DNA from: a virus
IMG/VR virus record: IMGVR_UViG_3300044614_002617
Span: 46,368 to 110,367 of that record
DNA length: 64,000 nt
Direction: 5' to 3' (one strand)
The notes beneath the pieces are model-generated. The model did not search any database, was not told where the DNA came from, and worked only from the letters and a program-made list of their open reading frames with translations. Position numbers and translations under genes: made by a program. Of this stretch, positions 47,275 through 56,578 are shown one piece after another (position 1 is the stretch's first letter; each line of letters starts with the position of its first letter).

Positions 47275-47790
47275 TTAATAAAGTAGTGCGTCGTCTTCGG
47301 AATCGGGCAAATCAATTTCTTCGTACACTGGTTGTTTCCTAACAGCCCTAACAACTTGTTGAGGTTGAGGTGCCACCTTTCTTGGCTGCTGCTGAGGCTG
47401 TTGAGGCTGCTGCGCTCTCTGTTGCTGCGAAGGCTGGCCAACAACGCTCCGCACTGATTGTACCAAAGCTTGTTGAAGCTTAACACAAGAATTTACAATA
47501 TCTTCGACCTTTTGTTGCGCCAAAGACAAATCTTCCTCAACTGCCTCATTTCCCATTAAAGACTCTACGTGCTTTTCAGCTGCCTCAACAAAAATCTTAT
47601 GAATAGCGTCCCCTTGTGACATACTCAAAAACGCATCGCGAATTGCTTTAGACTCTACGGCTTCAATAATCTGATTAGCCAGCTTAACTTTCTGCAGAGT
47701 AGAAAGTTTCTTGGGAGTTGGCTGCTCAGTGTATTCTACTGGTTCTGCGCTCATTGGTTCTCCTTCAGTCAGCGACTTCTTCTTGCGCAT
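47275..47790 (-). CDS. Hypothetical protein with Gln/Pro-rich linker
   Basis: QQPQQPQQQP tract and acidic end. Confidence 0.65.
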   Translation of the reverse strand: MRKKKSLTEGEPMSAEPVEYTEQPTPKKLSTLQKVKLANQIIEAVESKAIRDAFLSMSQGDAIHKIFVEAAEKHVESLMGNEAVEEDLSLAQQKVEDIVNSCVKLQQALVQSVRSVVGQPSQQQRAQQPQQPQQQPRKVAPQPQQVVRAVRKQPVYEEIDLPDSEDDALLY

Positions 47791-48103
47791 TTTCTGCTCC
47801 CCAAGTTACTGTGAGTTCTCGTATTTCCTTAAGGAGCAAAACACTAAACTCCTTCGATGTTGTATTCTCAATCAGAATACTCTTAATTTTTGAAAAAAAC
47901 AAGGAGTGTATACGTTTTTTGGGTATTCTTCCAACAACATGGCCATACACATCGATATCTTCCTTAAAGCCAAGATCGTCCAAAGTCTGCGACGCAGCAA
48001 CCTCAACTTGTTCGCGTGGGAACCTACCCTTACGGAAGGGAGTTGAGGCAATATCCGCTGCCACAGTCAAGCAATCTATAGCTGCCGACTTATCTCCCCT
48101 CAT
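47765..48103 (-). CDS. Hypothetical protein
   Basis: GAGGA RBS; in operon after the recombinase. Confidence 0.6.
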   Translation of the reverse strand: MRGDKSAAIDCLTVAADIASTPFRKGRFPREQVEVAASQTLDDLGFKEDIDVYGHVVGRIPKKRIHSLFFSKIKSILIENTTSKEFSVLLLKEIRELTVTWGAENAQEEVAD

Positions 48104-48105
48104 GT

Positions 48106-49251
48106 TTAGTCCTCAAGATCTACATTAACTGTTTCGTTTTCTGACAATTTCATGGAAGCCGTCATACACTGACGCTCAACCGCTGAATAAGATGGAGTTC
48201 CCGGCACTAACGAGTCTTCTGTCTTCTCTTGACCGTGGAACTTGTGCTCCATGCCCTTGTCATCCTTATATGCCCACCAATGAAGACTGGGTTTGCCAGA
48301 GTCTCCCGTTGGGTGATAAACGACTCCTAGCTTCTTGGCCAAATTAAAGAGCGACCTGTTCTTATTAACAATTTGACAAGTTTCCATGTTTACCTGAAAC
48401 TCAACAACACGCCCTTCGACAGTATTGCGACTCTTAAGAACACGAGCGCGGATTGTCTTACCAACCTTAACGGCATCCTTATCGCTGTTCTCAATAGTAT
48501 TATTGTCGGCAGTCAGGCCGGCATCTTTACGCTCTACAGACTCCATGAGGAGCATAAGGTCAGCTTGGTGCTTGAGCTTTTGTCCACCGGTCACAATCCA
48601 CTTTTTAGGGCCGCTTGGGTCTGCTGCCATGTCTTGAATAGCGTGCTGAATCAAAAAGCAAGCAACCTTGTTTTCAGCAGAGATACGAGTCATAGCTTTA
48701 ACGAGCGGACCCATAACCTTAGCCATACCGCCAAACTTGTTGCCCGCTTGCTCAATCTCACCCTCTTTGATCTTCTTTTCGTCGTATGCAGCGGTAGCGC
48801 CGCCCAATGAGTCTACACCAATTGCAACAAGGCTTCCGGGAGCTTCTTTAACACCCTCTTCAAGCATAGATAGTTTGGCAAACACTTTATCTGGCTCGTT
48901 AGAGCTAATAATCAATAGGCGGTCAAGGTCAATTCCAAATTGAGCAAGACGGCGTACACGATCAGGTTTATTGTGCAAATAGTATTCAATATCAAAGATT
49001 ACAGCGCCTGCTTCTGGATTGGCCTTCATGAGCTGACCGATCCAGTAGTACATTAGGAATGACTTACAAGCTCCGGGAACACCGGCAAGAATAGTAATCC
49101 GATCTGTGGGGATTTTGCCTGTTCCCCAGTTGAGTGCGGGATCTCCTGCGTCAAAGTTGGTTTTATCCTCCTGAGACGCAAGGTTAGCCGCCATCACTGC
49201 ATAATCAAGGTCGCGGGTCAATTTAGAGAAATAACTTGGAAGCTTAGCCAT
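48106..49251 (-). CDS. RecA/UvsX-like recombinase
   Basis: GVPGACKS Walker A, IFDIE, GVDSL, TGGQKLKH, KSR. Confidence 0.85.
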   Translation of the reverse strand: MAKLPSYFSKLTRDLDYAVMAANLASQEDKTNFDAGDPALNWGTGKIPTDRITILAGVPGACKSFLMYYWIGQLMKANPEAGAVIFDIEYYLHNKPDRVRRLAQFGIDLDRLLIISSNEPDKVFAKLSMLEEGVKEAPGSLVAIGVDSLGGATAAYDEKKIKEGEIEQAGNKFGGMAKVMGPLVKAMTRISAENKVACFLIQHAIQDMAADPSGPKKWIVTGGQKLKHQADLMLLMESVERKDAGLTADNNTIENSDKDAVKVGKTIRARVLKSRNTVEGRVVEFQVNMETCQIVNKNRSLFNLAKKLGVVYHPTGDSGKPSLHWWAYKDDKGMEHKFHGQEKTEDSLVPGTPSYSAVERQCMTASMKLSENETVNVDLED

Positions 49252-49293
49252 AAAGTCCCCCTAACAATAAACAAAAATAAAACAAGACCCTGA

Positions 49294-50211
49294 TTAATCA
49301 AGGTCTTTTTTAACGCCCAAAGCTTCGTTAATAACTCGGCGAGCGTCTGCTTTGTAGTCTACAATACGGTTGATTTCGCGTGCAAGCTTTTTTTCTTGTT
49401 CGTCTGTAAGAGAGATTACTCTTTCAAGTGTGACTGACTTTGGCTCATAAACCAATGGACAGCCTGACCAAACGACATTGATCTTTACAAATCCACCAAA
49501 CAAAGAAATATTTTCTTTTTCTTCTTTATTAACAAGTTCCTTTGAACAGACGGCCTGCGCAACGCGGTCGGCCGCCTTGGCTTTGACAGCCTCTCTTCCA
49601 AACAGCCAGTAGTCATCACGAATTAGCTGACGAAAACGCTCTAGGGGTAGCTCCATGCGTTTAGCCTGTGCTGCATCCATTGTTGTTGTAATTTGTTTCA
49701 AAAACTCAACAAACGCAATTGCATTTGGCTGAGGCTGATGGCGCAAACCAAAAGAAGCAACATGTTGCATCAAGATTGATGACTCTAGAACAACTCTTTC
49801 GTCGCATGCTTGCAAAATCACAAAAGACATCGAAGCTGAGAAATCCGTAATACAAACGACCTTCTTGTTAACAGAACGAATAGCCTGAACAAGTTGCGCG
49901 CCGTCAATAACCGAACCACCAGGAGAACTAAGAAACAAGTTTACGGTTGAACCTTGATGAGTCATCAAAGCTGCAATAACTTTTGAGACAGACGCACCGC
50001 TCACTTCACCACGAAGTACAATTAGATTTTCTGTCAATGTAATGCTGCTTTTTGAATCAGACAGTCTCTGTTGACATTCAAGACCCTGACACGTTACATC
50101 GCCGCCTGTCTGCGTTAGTACGGTCTTCTTGCTATTGTTAGAAAATTCCGATGCCATTGCCGATGGAGCAAGAGCAAGCAAAATAGATGGCACAAGGGAT
50201 TTAAAAAACAC
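49294..50211 (-). CDS. ClpP-like peptidase with Sec signal peptide
   Basis: Start reassigned to GTG 50211 after GGAGG (MFFKSLVPSILLALAPSAMA-SE); LFLSSPGGSV, SASMS, LMQH, RDDYWL...EA. Confidence 0.8.
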   Translation of the reverse strand: MFFKSLVPSILLALAPSAMASEFSNNSKKTVLTQTGGDVTCQGLECQQRLSDSKSSITLTENLIVLRGEVSGASVSKVIAALMTHQGSTVNLFLSSPGGSVIDGAQLVQAIRSVNKKVVCITDFSASMSFVILQACDERVVLESSILMQHVASFGLRHQPQPNAIAFVEFLKQITTTMDAAQAKRMELPLERFRQLIRDDYWLFGREAVKAKAADRVAQAVCSKELVNKEEKENISLFGGFVKINVVWSGCPLVYEPKSVTLERVISLTDEQEKKLAREINRIVDYKADARRVINEALGVKKDLD

Positions 50212-50266
50212 AAAACCTCCAGTCATTGCAACAACATAAGAAAACACCATGTCTCTTACATTTTAA

Positions 50267-50746
50267 TTAAACCATACTTCCTGACATTTGTCTAGTCTCA
50301 CTGAAGCCATATCTTGAAGCTTTTATACTGGATTGGGCCATAATCAGATTCATCTTAATCAAATTAAGCTGTTCCAGCATAGCTTCGTACATTGCTTCGC
50401 GCTGCTGAGCTGTTTGTACATCTACATCGAGATTGACAAAATGCTCTCTAAGATCAGCAGTGGGCTTAGCAATATTCATTGCTTGGCAGTATTCCGGAAA
50501 GCGTTCTAGGGCAGCAAGCGCTTTAGAGCGTTTAACCTCGGAACGTGCCATATTAAAACTATAAGTTACAGATCCTAAGTAGCCGCTTAAAAGACTCATA
50601 CCTTCAGATAGAGCAGAAATGGCTCTATTTGCGTCGTAGTCCGTCTTGAGCTCATGGATATTTGAAGCAATCACAAGATAGTTTTTAAGAGTGTCGATAT
50701 ACTCAGGAATTACATCTTGAGAGTCCACTCGTTTAACTTCTTTCAT
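50267..50746 (-). CDS. UvsY-like recombination mediator
   Basis: Helical 159 aa with KPTADLREHFVNLD.DV; sits between SSB and recombinase. Confidence 0.55.
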   Translation of the reverse strand: MKEVKRVDSQDVIPEYIDTLKNYLVIASNIHELKTDYDANRAISALSEGMSLLSGYLGSVTYSFNMARSEVKRSKALAALERFPEYCQAMNIAKPTADLREHFVNLDVDVQTAQQREAMYEAMLEQLNLIKMNLIMAQSSIKASRYGFSETRQMSGSMV

Positions 50747-50775
50747 ACACCCCCCTACTCTTTTGTGGTTAAGAG

Positions 50776-50798
50776 TGTTCCGGAATTACCGGAACACT
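50776..50798 (-). terminator. Hairpin at SSB stop codon
   Basis: GTGTTCCGG-N5-CCGGAACAC. Confidence 0.5.
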
Positions 50799-51748
50799 GC
50801 ATCAAGAGCATCATCAATTGACGATTGGGCTGCTGCCTTTGGAGCTGCTGGTTTGGCCTGTGGAGCAGGAGTAGGGGCAGACATCATAGCGGGAACATCA
50901 ACCTCTTCGCTAACACTCACTGCGGGCGTATTACTGCGGCGCTCTGGAGTTTTGCCGGTAGAAAGATACTCCTGAACCTCTCCCACAGTCCACATGTAGT
51001 TAGAGGCAATCTCAATAACGTCTGGCAGGTCGGACTCTTTGAGACTCTTAAGGGCTTGCGAAGGCTCTGCCTTAAAAACAGCCAAAACAGGATCATCAAG
51101 ACCCTCCACTTTTTGTTCTGTTCTATAAAGATCTACAGAATACTCGGTGTTCAGTCCTGAACCGGTGCGAGAAATGCGCAACCACCCTGTAGGAGCCATA
51201 GTATTAAACAAATTGGTGCCCTTACGGCGCAAAGTCTGATACAAGCCCTCTTGAGCCGGTTTGTCACCGTAGGCCTCTGTGCCAAACAAAATCTTAATAA
51301 CAGTCTCTGGGACTTCAAGCGGCTCAACCTTATCTGAACCTAAGACATTTACAAGAAGAACGCCTCTGCGCGTTGGTCTATGGATTCTTGCTTGGGCATC
51401 GAGCTCTTTATACTCGGCGCTTTCTTTGTTTTTAATTTCTTTTTGTTTTTTCTTTAATTCCATAAACAGTTCAAACTGCGGATCTTTTTGACCTTGAACC
51501 TGAAGGCTTGGACGTGTCCAATTAGCCATAGTGCCGTCTGGCATCTTTTTCTTATAGGTAAACTTGTTAAAGCCATAGTAGAAAGCAGGATTACCTCCTC
51601 CGTCTTTCATGTAAACAATAGGGATGATTTTGCAGATAAGTGGCTTTCCTTCTGGCACAGTAAGCGCCTTGGGACGGCCTCCGGCAGCGGAACCAGACTT
51701 TGCGGTTTCAGGAAGAGCATCGGGATTAAAGTTATCAAGAAATGACAT
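50786..51748 (-). CDS. ssDNA-binding protein (gp32-like)
   Basis: RISRTGSGLNTEYSV motif, flexible linker, acidic/aromatic tail IDDALDAVFR. Confidence 0.75.
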   Translation of the reverse strand: MSFLDNFNPDALPETAKSGSAAGGRPKALTVPEGKPLICKIIPIVYMKDGGGNPAFYYGFNKFTYKKKMPDGTMANWTRPSLQVQGQKDPQFELFMELKKKQKEIKNKESAEYKELDAQARIHRPTRRGVLLVNVLGSDKVEPLEVPETVIKILFGTEAYGDKPAQEGLYQTLRRKGTNLFNTMAPTGWLRISRTGSGLNTEYSVDLYRTEQKVEGLDDPVLAVFKAEPSQALKSLKESDLPDVIEIASNYMWTVGEVQEYLSTGKTPERRSNTPAVSVSEEVDVPAMMSAPTPAPQAKPAAPKAAAQSSIDDALDAVFR

Positions 51749-51762
51749 AGTAGTGCCTCCAA

Positions 51763-52413
51763 TTAAACATGCTTAGCGATAAATTCAAAAGAAGTGTCAG
51801 CGCTCTCGGCTGTCACAATAAGAGTATCGTCAAAATTGAGGTTATCTTTAGGTGAATCGGATATAAGTAGTAATTTTGAAGACATAGTTTTTAATGTAGA
51901 GTAATAGTCTTCGGAAATATCATGAACCACTGTAAAGTATACCTTTGTGTCTGTACGTTGAGTGTCAAACATACAGCTCAAAGTTGTTCCGTCTTGGCAG
52001 CTAACCAAATAGTCTAAAATGCGCGCATAGTCATAAGGCTCCTTTACTACTAAATCAGTTCCGTTATAAGACTTAACAGGATCATCCGATACCCTGCAAA
52101 CCTCGTTAAAATGAATCATAATTTCCTGCAACAAGAGAAGAGACACGGATTCAGATAATTCCATAATATCGCCCGTAGCGGGCAATCTGTGGGAGTAGCC
52201 ATCTTCTCTTAGATAATTGACAGCATCCATTACAAACAAACCATGCCATGGCATATACTTGGCCTGAGCTTCTAAGAGCTGCTGAACAAGACCTCTAAAA
52301 ATACCGTTGTCTTTTGACTTTAGAACAACCCATACGGGCACTGAAGTATGTTTACTGTAGATAGTAGACTGCTTGTCTCTAAATGCCCACCGGCTTTTTT
52401 CAAGTCTTTGCAT
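51763..52413 (-). CDS. Hypothetical protein
   Basis: 216-aa ORF in replication operon. Confidence 0.6.
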   Translation of the reverse strand: MQRLEKSRWAFRDKQSTIYSKHTSVPVWVVLKSKDNGIFRGLVQQLLEAQAKYMPWHGLFVMDAVNYLREDGYSHRLPATGDIMELSESVSLLLLQEIMIHFNEVCRVSDDPVKSYNGTDLVVKEPYDYARILDYLVSCQDGTTLSCMFDTQRTDTKVYFTVVHDISEDYYSTLKTMSSKLLLISDSPKDNLNFDDTLIVTAESADTSFEFIAKHV

Positions 52414-52978
52414 TTATTTTGCCTTTCTTTTTAGGGGTCTGTTTCTTCTTTTTGCTTTGCTTTTTAGGCTTTGGTTCTTTTTCTACAATGAATTGCCCGT
52501 ACTGGTTGTACCAATAGCCAATCAATAGGGCATCAATGATGCCTTCGTGTGGCTTGCTGCTTCTTTCTGTAGCAAGAAAATCCTCTAAAGGGAAGAGTTT
52601 TTTTGCAACCTCTAAGCTTCTTGCCTTGGGGTCTTCGACGGATGACTCCGGATCGTGAAGTTTTGTTGCCCAAGTACGTGGAGCAACCAACGCCACATTC
52701 TCTATAACGACAGTAGCCATCGCAAACAATAGTCCAAAGTTATAGCCAGAAGTCCAAGCTGAACTGACCCCCTCCCCCGGCCTTGGCGCCTGTCGCTCTA
52801 AAACAACGACATCCGGCTTATGATCAGTCATAAGACGGTTAACTTCTATTAAATTAATTGTTGACTTTTTATTCTTAAGATTCTTGTCAATTGGCATCCT
52901 GCCGCGAACAACAATTACAGGACCGTCTAAGATTGCATATCCGCCCGAAATACCGGGGTCAAAAGCCAAAATTTTCAT
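52400..52978 (-). CDS. RuvC-like Holliday junction resolvase
   Basis: ILAFDPGISGG, VVLE, G.SSAW..G, V.P..W, DALLI. Confidence 0.85.
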   Translation of the reverse strand: MKILAFDPGISGGYAILDGPVIVVRGRMPIDKNLKNKKSTINLIEVNRLMTDHKPDVVVLERQAPRPGEGVSSAWTSGYNFGLLFAMATVVIENVALVAPRTWATKLHDPESSVEDPKARSLEVAKKLFPLEDFLATERSSKPHEGIIDALLIGYWYNQYGQFIVEKEPKPKKQSKKKKQTPKKKGKINAKT

Positions 52979-53976
52979 AAATTATTCCAATCAATAAGAT
53001 TATCCGTCTTATTGATACTAAATTCTTGTTTTTTTGTCAATGCTCCAGCTTCTTGCATTAGTTTTTCTATAGTGGGCAAGACTCGATCGTTGTGCATCTC
53101 TGGGTCTTTAAAGCAATGGAAGATGGCCTCCGATCCTGTAACATGTAAGTTGTCGCCATGATTATCGCTGCCCTCTTCTCTACAGCAAGGGCACGCTACT
53201 TGCAATCTTCCGCCAATTTCTGTCGATAATCCAAGATATGTGCTTACATACCAATTTAATTTTTTAATGATATCTTTTCTGTCGTGAGACGCAGGCGCTG
53301 CTTGAGCGTCTTTTTGAAAGATTTGGTACCATTTCGTTTGCTTGTATTTCTCTTCGAACTCAGAAGAATAAATAATGCTAAACAATTCTGAATTGTCAAT
53401 TCTGTCAGATATTTCGATAATCTGCTGTACTGCGCCATTACGCCTAGCGTTCGGAAAGCGAGTGAAGCGAGCGGGATCGCTACATGCACGGTCATTTTTC
53501 TCTTCGCATAGATAATGAATCCTGTAAAAGATGTCTTTGTATTGTAATAAGCCATTGCTCTTAAGCTCTCCTACGTGATGATACAGGGGTTCTTTTAAAG
53601 AAATAATAAAATGGTATGATTTGCCGCCTGAGTAAATGCAAGCCGAGTAGGGCAATCCCAATTTCTTCATAAATGGAATTTGCTCTTCGAGTGGTAATTT
53701 ATCAAACTCAATAAGAAAATTTCTAAGAACAAATACATTCTCTGAAGTTTTGTTGATATTAAGTTGCTTAGCTGCGTTTATGGCAATGTACGCGCCCTTT
53801 TCAAAGTCTCTGTCGATAAAATTAACAATTGCCTGCTCTTTAGATATGGAAAAATGCTTTTGAAGTAAAAAGTCCGTTGCCCAGACGTACTGTTCCTCGC
53901 CATATAGTAAAGTCATATACTTAATAACAGGCATCAATGCGTCCTTATTGATACCATCTCTTGGGGTTTTTCGCAT
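52975..53976 (-). CDS. AEP/RepB-like primase with C-terminal Zn finger
   Basis: FLIEFD, YSGGKSYH, DPARFTRFP, CPCC...FHCF. Confidence 0.75.
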   Translation of the reverse strand: MRKTPRDGINKDALMPVIKYMTLLYGEEQYVWATDFLLQKHFSISKEQAIVNFIDRDFEKGAYIAINAAKQLNINKTSENVFVLRNFLIEFDKLPLEEQIPFMKKLGLPYSACIYSGGKSYHFIISLKEPLYHHVGELKSNGLLQYKDIFYRIHYLCEEKNDRACSDPARFTRFPNARRNGAVQQIIEISDRIDNSELFSIIYSSEFEEKYKQTKWYQIFQKDAQAAPASHDRKDIIKKLNWYVSTYLGLSTEIGGRLQVACPCCREEGSDNHGDNLHVTGSEAIFHCFKDPEMHNDRVLPTIEKLMQEAGALTKKQEFSINKTDNLIDWNNL

Positions 53977-53989
53977 AAATATCCTTTAA

Positions 53990-54985
53990 TCAGTAATCTT
54001 CGTCGCCAAAACCCATTGAACGCTGTTCTTTTTTTAGACCGCCTGACTCAGCCTTCTTACGTTGTAGTAGCACCTCAGCAACTGCATCTGCAAGAGAAAT
54101 ATCGTAAAGCTCATGACGCAATACCGCTTCCTTGCTATACGCAGGAGTCATCTTAGTGCCAGCAAACAACTGCTTCTCATCGGCAGTTAGCTTCCTGTCC
54201 ATAAACTTTTCTACAAGAAAAATAATTTCTTCGTCTTTTGGTGGTTCTACCTCACGGACAATATCAAACCGCCCTGGTCTACTGGTCAAAGTTTTGTTCA
54301 ATACGTCTAGGTAGTTGGTTGTTGCTACAACTAGAGTAGGGATTTTAAATACATCTGCGTTGCCGTCCAAGAAGTTAAGCATCTCGGAGTCAACACGGCC
54401 TGCTCTTTCTTCAAGGCCAGACCCGCCAATATCTTCAATTACCAAAAGAATCAGGCTGGCAGCCGACTCTTGAGCATTAGAGAACATATCAATCAAAGTC
54501 TCAAAGCTGACTTGCTGAGAATCTACCCTCAAAATACAAGCTTTGGGCATCTTGATGATTTGGCGGCAAAAGTAGTTAATGAGGCTAGATTTGCCAATCC
54601 CCGGTTCACTGCCGAACAGGAATCCCCTTTTAGGGGCAATCTTTCTTTTCTTGTAGATGTCTAACTTTGACATAAACGCATTGAAGTGTTTCATAAGTTC
54701 TCTGGAGGTGTCTGTCTCGTAATACTGAACTTCGGTCAGCTCCATGGGCTGAAGACCGTCTTCAGGAGTGATACGCCATGCCCCTTCGGTAATCTTATAC
54801 GTTTCTTTTGTTTTTGGTGTTTGAATATCCATATCCAGTAGGTGGGGCTCAGACACCTTAACGACGTTTCCTGACTCGTCCACCGACTCAATAGTCTTAT
54901 TAACAACTAGCTGATAGTTGCCTAACTCAACCTGTAGACCGGGATGAAGTTTGGTGATGCTACGAACTTTGGCTATCTTAGACAT
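53990..54985 (-). CDS. AAA+ ATPase
   Basis: GSEPGIGKS, LVIEDI, LNFLDG, ATTN, RPGRFD. Confidence 0.9.
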   Translation of the reverse strand: MSKIAKVRSITKLHPGLQVELGNYQLVVNKTIESVDESGNVVKVSEPHLLDMDIQTPKTKETYKITEGAWRITPEDGLQPMELTEVQYYETDTSRELMKHFNAFMSKLDIYKKRKIAPKRGFLFGSEPGIGKSSLINYFCRQIIKMPKACILRVDSQQVSFETLIDMFSNAQESAASLILLVIEDIGGSGLEERAGRVDSEMLNFLDGNADVFKIPTLVVATTNYLDVLNKTLTSRPGRFDIVREVEPPKDEEIIFLVEKFMDRKLTADEKQLFAGTKMTPAYSKEAVLRHELYDISLADAVAEVLLQRKKAESGGLKKEQRSMGFGDEDY

Positions 54986-54995
54986 AAAGACTCCA

Positions 54996-55271
54996 TTAAA
55001 AGCTAAAAATCAAATCATCCATCGTTACATAAGATGTGTCCGTTGTTTTTGAGCGCATTTGCGGATCTATAACATCGCTATGCCAAACCGAGTTATCGGA
55101 AGACTTGGTAACCGCTGATACTAAAACAAATAACTCTTCGTTATAAAGCGAATGAGTAGAAATACTTAAAATTAGTCTAGGGGCATCATCATCAACATAA
55201 TTGGCGTTTTGCGACGTTTGATCTAATCCACCATTCATGTATCTATTTGGCCTCATTGTCTGCCTCTTCAA
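54996..55271 (-). CDS. Hypothetical protein (paralog of 55243)
   Basis: QTSQNANYVDDDAPRLI versus QTNQDAQYIDEAPVRI. Confidence 0.6.
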   Translation of the reverse strand: MKRQTMRPNRYMNGGLDQTSQNANYVDDDAPRLILSISTHSLYNEELFVLVSAVTKSSDNSVWHSDVIDPQMRSKTTDTSYVTMDDLIFSF

Positions 55272-55509
55272 TTAACTTGCAAATCCATTTTTCTTGTTGT
55301 CTGACTTTAAAGGCGGGATCATAAGCATCAAAGCATCTGAGTCGTTTGGTCGCATCGCTAAAACCCAAGGCGTAAATATCTACATACTGTCTATCGTTTT
55401 CCAATACATATATCAAAATGCTTTGGATTCTAACAGGCGCCTCATCGATATATTGAGCATCTTGATTGGTTTGTTCGGGACTACTGAGATTTACATAATT
55501 AGCTCTCAT
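55243..55509 (-). CDS. Hypothetical protein (paralog of 54996)
   Basis: GGAGG RBS; shared motif as above. Confidence 0.6.
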   Translation of the reverse strand: MRANYVNLSSPEQTNQDAQYIDEAPVRIQSILIYVLENDRQYVDIYALGFSDATKRLRCFDAYDPAFKVRQQEKWICKLIEEADNEAK

Positions 55510-56525
55510 TCCTCCTCCACATCTTCTGCCGGAATTAAAACAAAGTTGTCATTCATCTGCCAAGTCGTAATATCTTTGCCGTACTTGTAAGGATAACGGA
55601 CTTTTTGAATCTTAAGCCAAGTACGTACTTCATTATTTGCATTAACTTTTTTAACAAGCATAAGGCCATGGGTTGCGTGGGTCAATGACTCTTTTGATTT
55701 TCTCAAACAACTAAACATATCCCACTGAAACGCCGACCGTCCTGCCGGCGGATACATTTGCTGAAAGCAAATTACAGGAGCATACTTGGGAGACTTGCGG
55801 CTATTAATTCTAAGACCAAACTGTTGACTCATGGTTTCAATTTTCTTAAAATCCTCAACCTTACCTTTGCCCGTATAGCCAATATCAGCCATAGCGTTAG
55901 ATAACTGGTCAACAAAAATCAAATCTGGATTAAACTCTTGAGCACATCTGAACGTATAAGTACATAAAGTCAACCAACCCAAAGACAACCCTTGAGAAGA
56001 TTCAGCGTCCTCAATGCGAGAATACTGATAAACGCGCTTAAATGCTTTTTCGTAAGATAAACCTAACATTGCGGCTAATTTTCTGCTGATTTCGTTTCTG
56101 TATGCTTCGATCGGCAACTCGTTAGAAATAATTAAAATTCTACGCCTATTGGCAATTGCATGAGCGGCGGATTGCATACAAAAAGTTGACTTACCGTTGC
56201 CCGTAGGAGCACCCACAACTACCAAGGCTTTTTTGTGTAAAGTAAGCTGAAACTCATCTGAAAAAAATGGAATACGGTCTTCGACCATATCCTGAAAGTC
56301 TTTGGCCTCTGAGAGTGCCTGCTCAACAAGGCGCTCTTTAAAGTCGTCTTCCGCTTCTTTTTGTTGACGTTCAGACTCAGCCAATAGTTCTTTGACCTGA
56401 GCGGGATTAACGAGAATATCTTTTTGAGTGTCTCCGGTCTTAACAGAGACGCTCCACGGAGTATCGGCTCCGATATCCCCAAACTGTGGGCTAGACCAAT
56501 TTTCATCTTCGTCGTGAATAGCCAC
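55506..56525 (-). CDS. DnaB/SF4-like helicase
   Basis: GAPTGNGKST, ISNE, IFVDQL, FQQ, IQKVR. Confidence 0.75.
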   Translation of the reverse strand: MAIHDEDENWSSPQFGDIGADTPWSVSVKTGDTQKDILVNPAQVKELLAESERQQKEAEDDFKERLVEQALSEAKDFQDMVEDRIPFFSDEFQLTLHKKALVVVGAPTGNGKSTFCMQSAAHAIANRRRILIISNELPIEAYRNEISRKLAAMLGLSYEKAFKRVYQYSRIEDAESSQGLSLGWLTLCTYTFRCAQEFNPDLIFVDQLSNAMADIGYTGKGKVEDFKKIETMSQQFGLRINSRKSPKYAPVICFQQMYPPAGRSAFQWDMFSCLRKSKESLTHATHGLMLVKKVNANNEVRTWLKIQKVRYPYKYGKDITTWQMNDNFVLIPAEDVEEE

Positions 56526-56551
56526 AATAACCTCGGCTTAAAGTTGCCATC

Positions 56552-56578
56552 TTATCGGCGTCATAAATCATAACTTTA
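56552..56578 (-). promoter_or_regulatory. sigma28/FliA-type promoter
   Basis: Minus strand TAAAGTTA-N11-GCCGATAA; 15 of 16 positions match the consensus. Confidence 0.8.
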
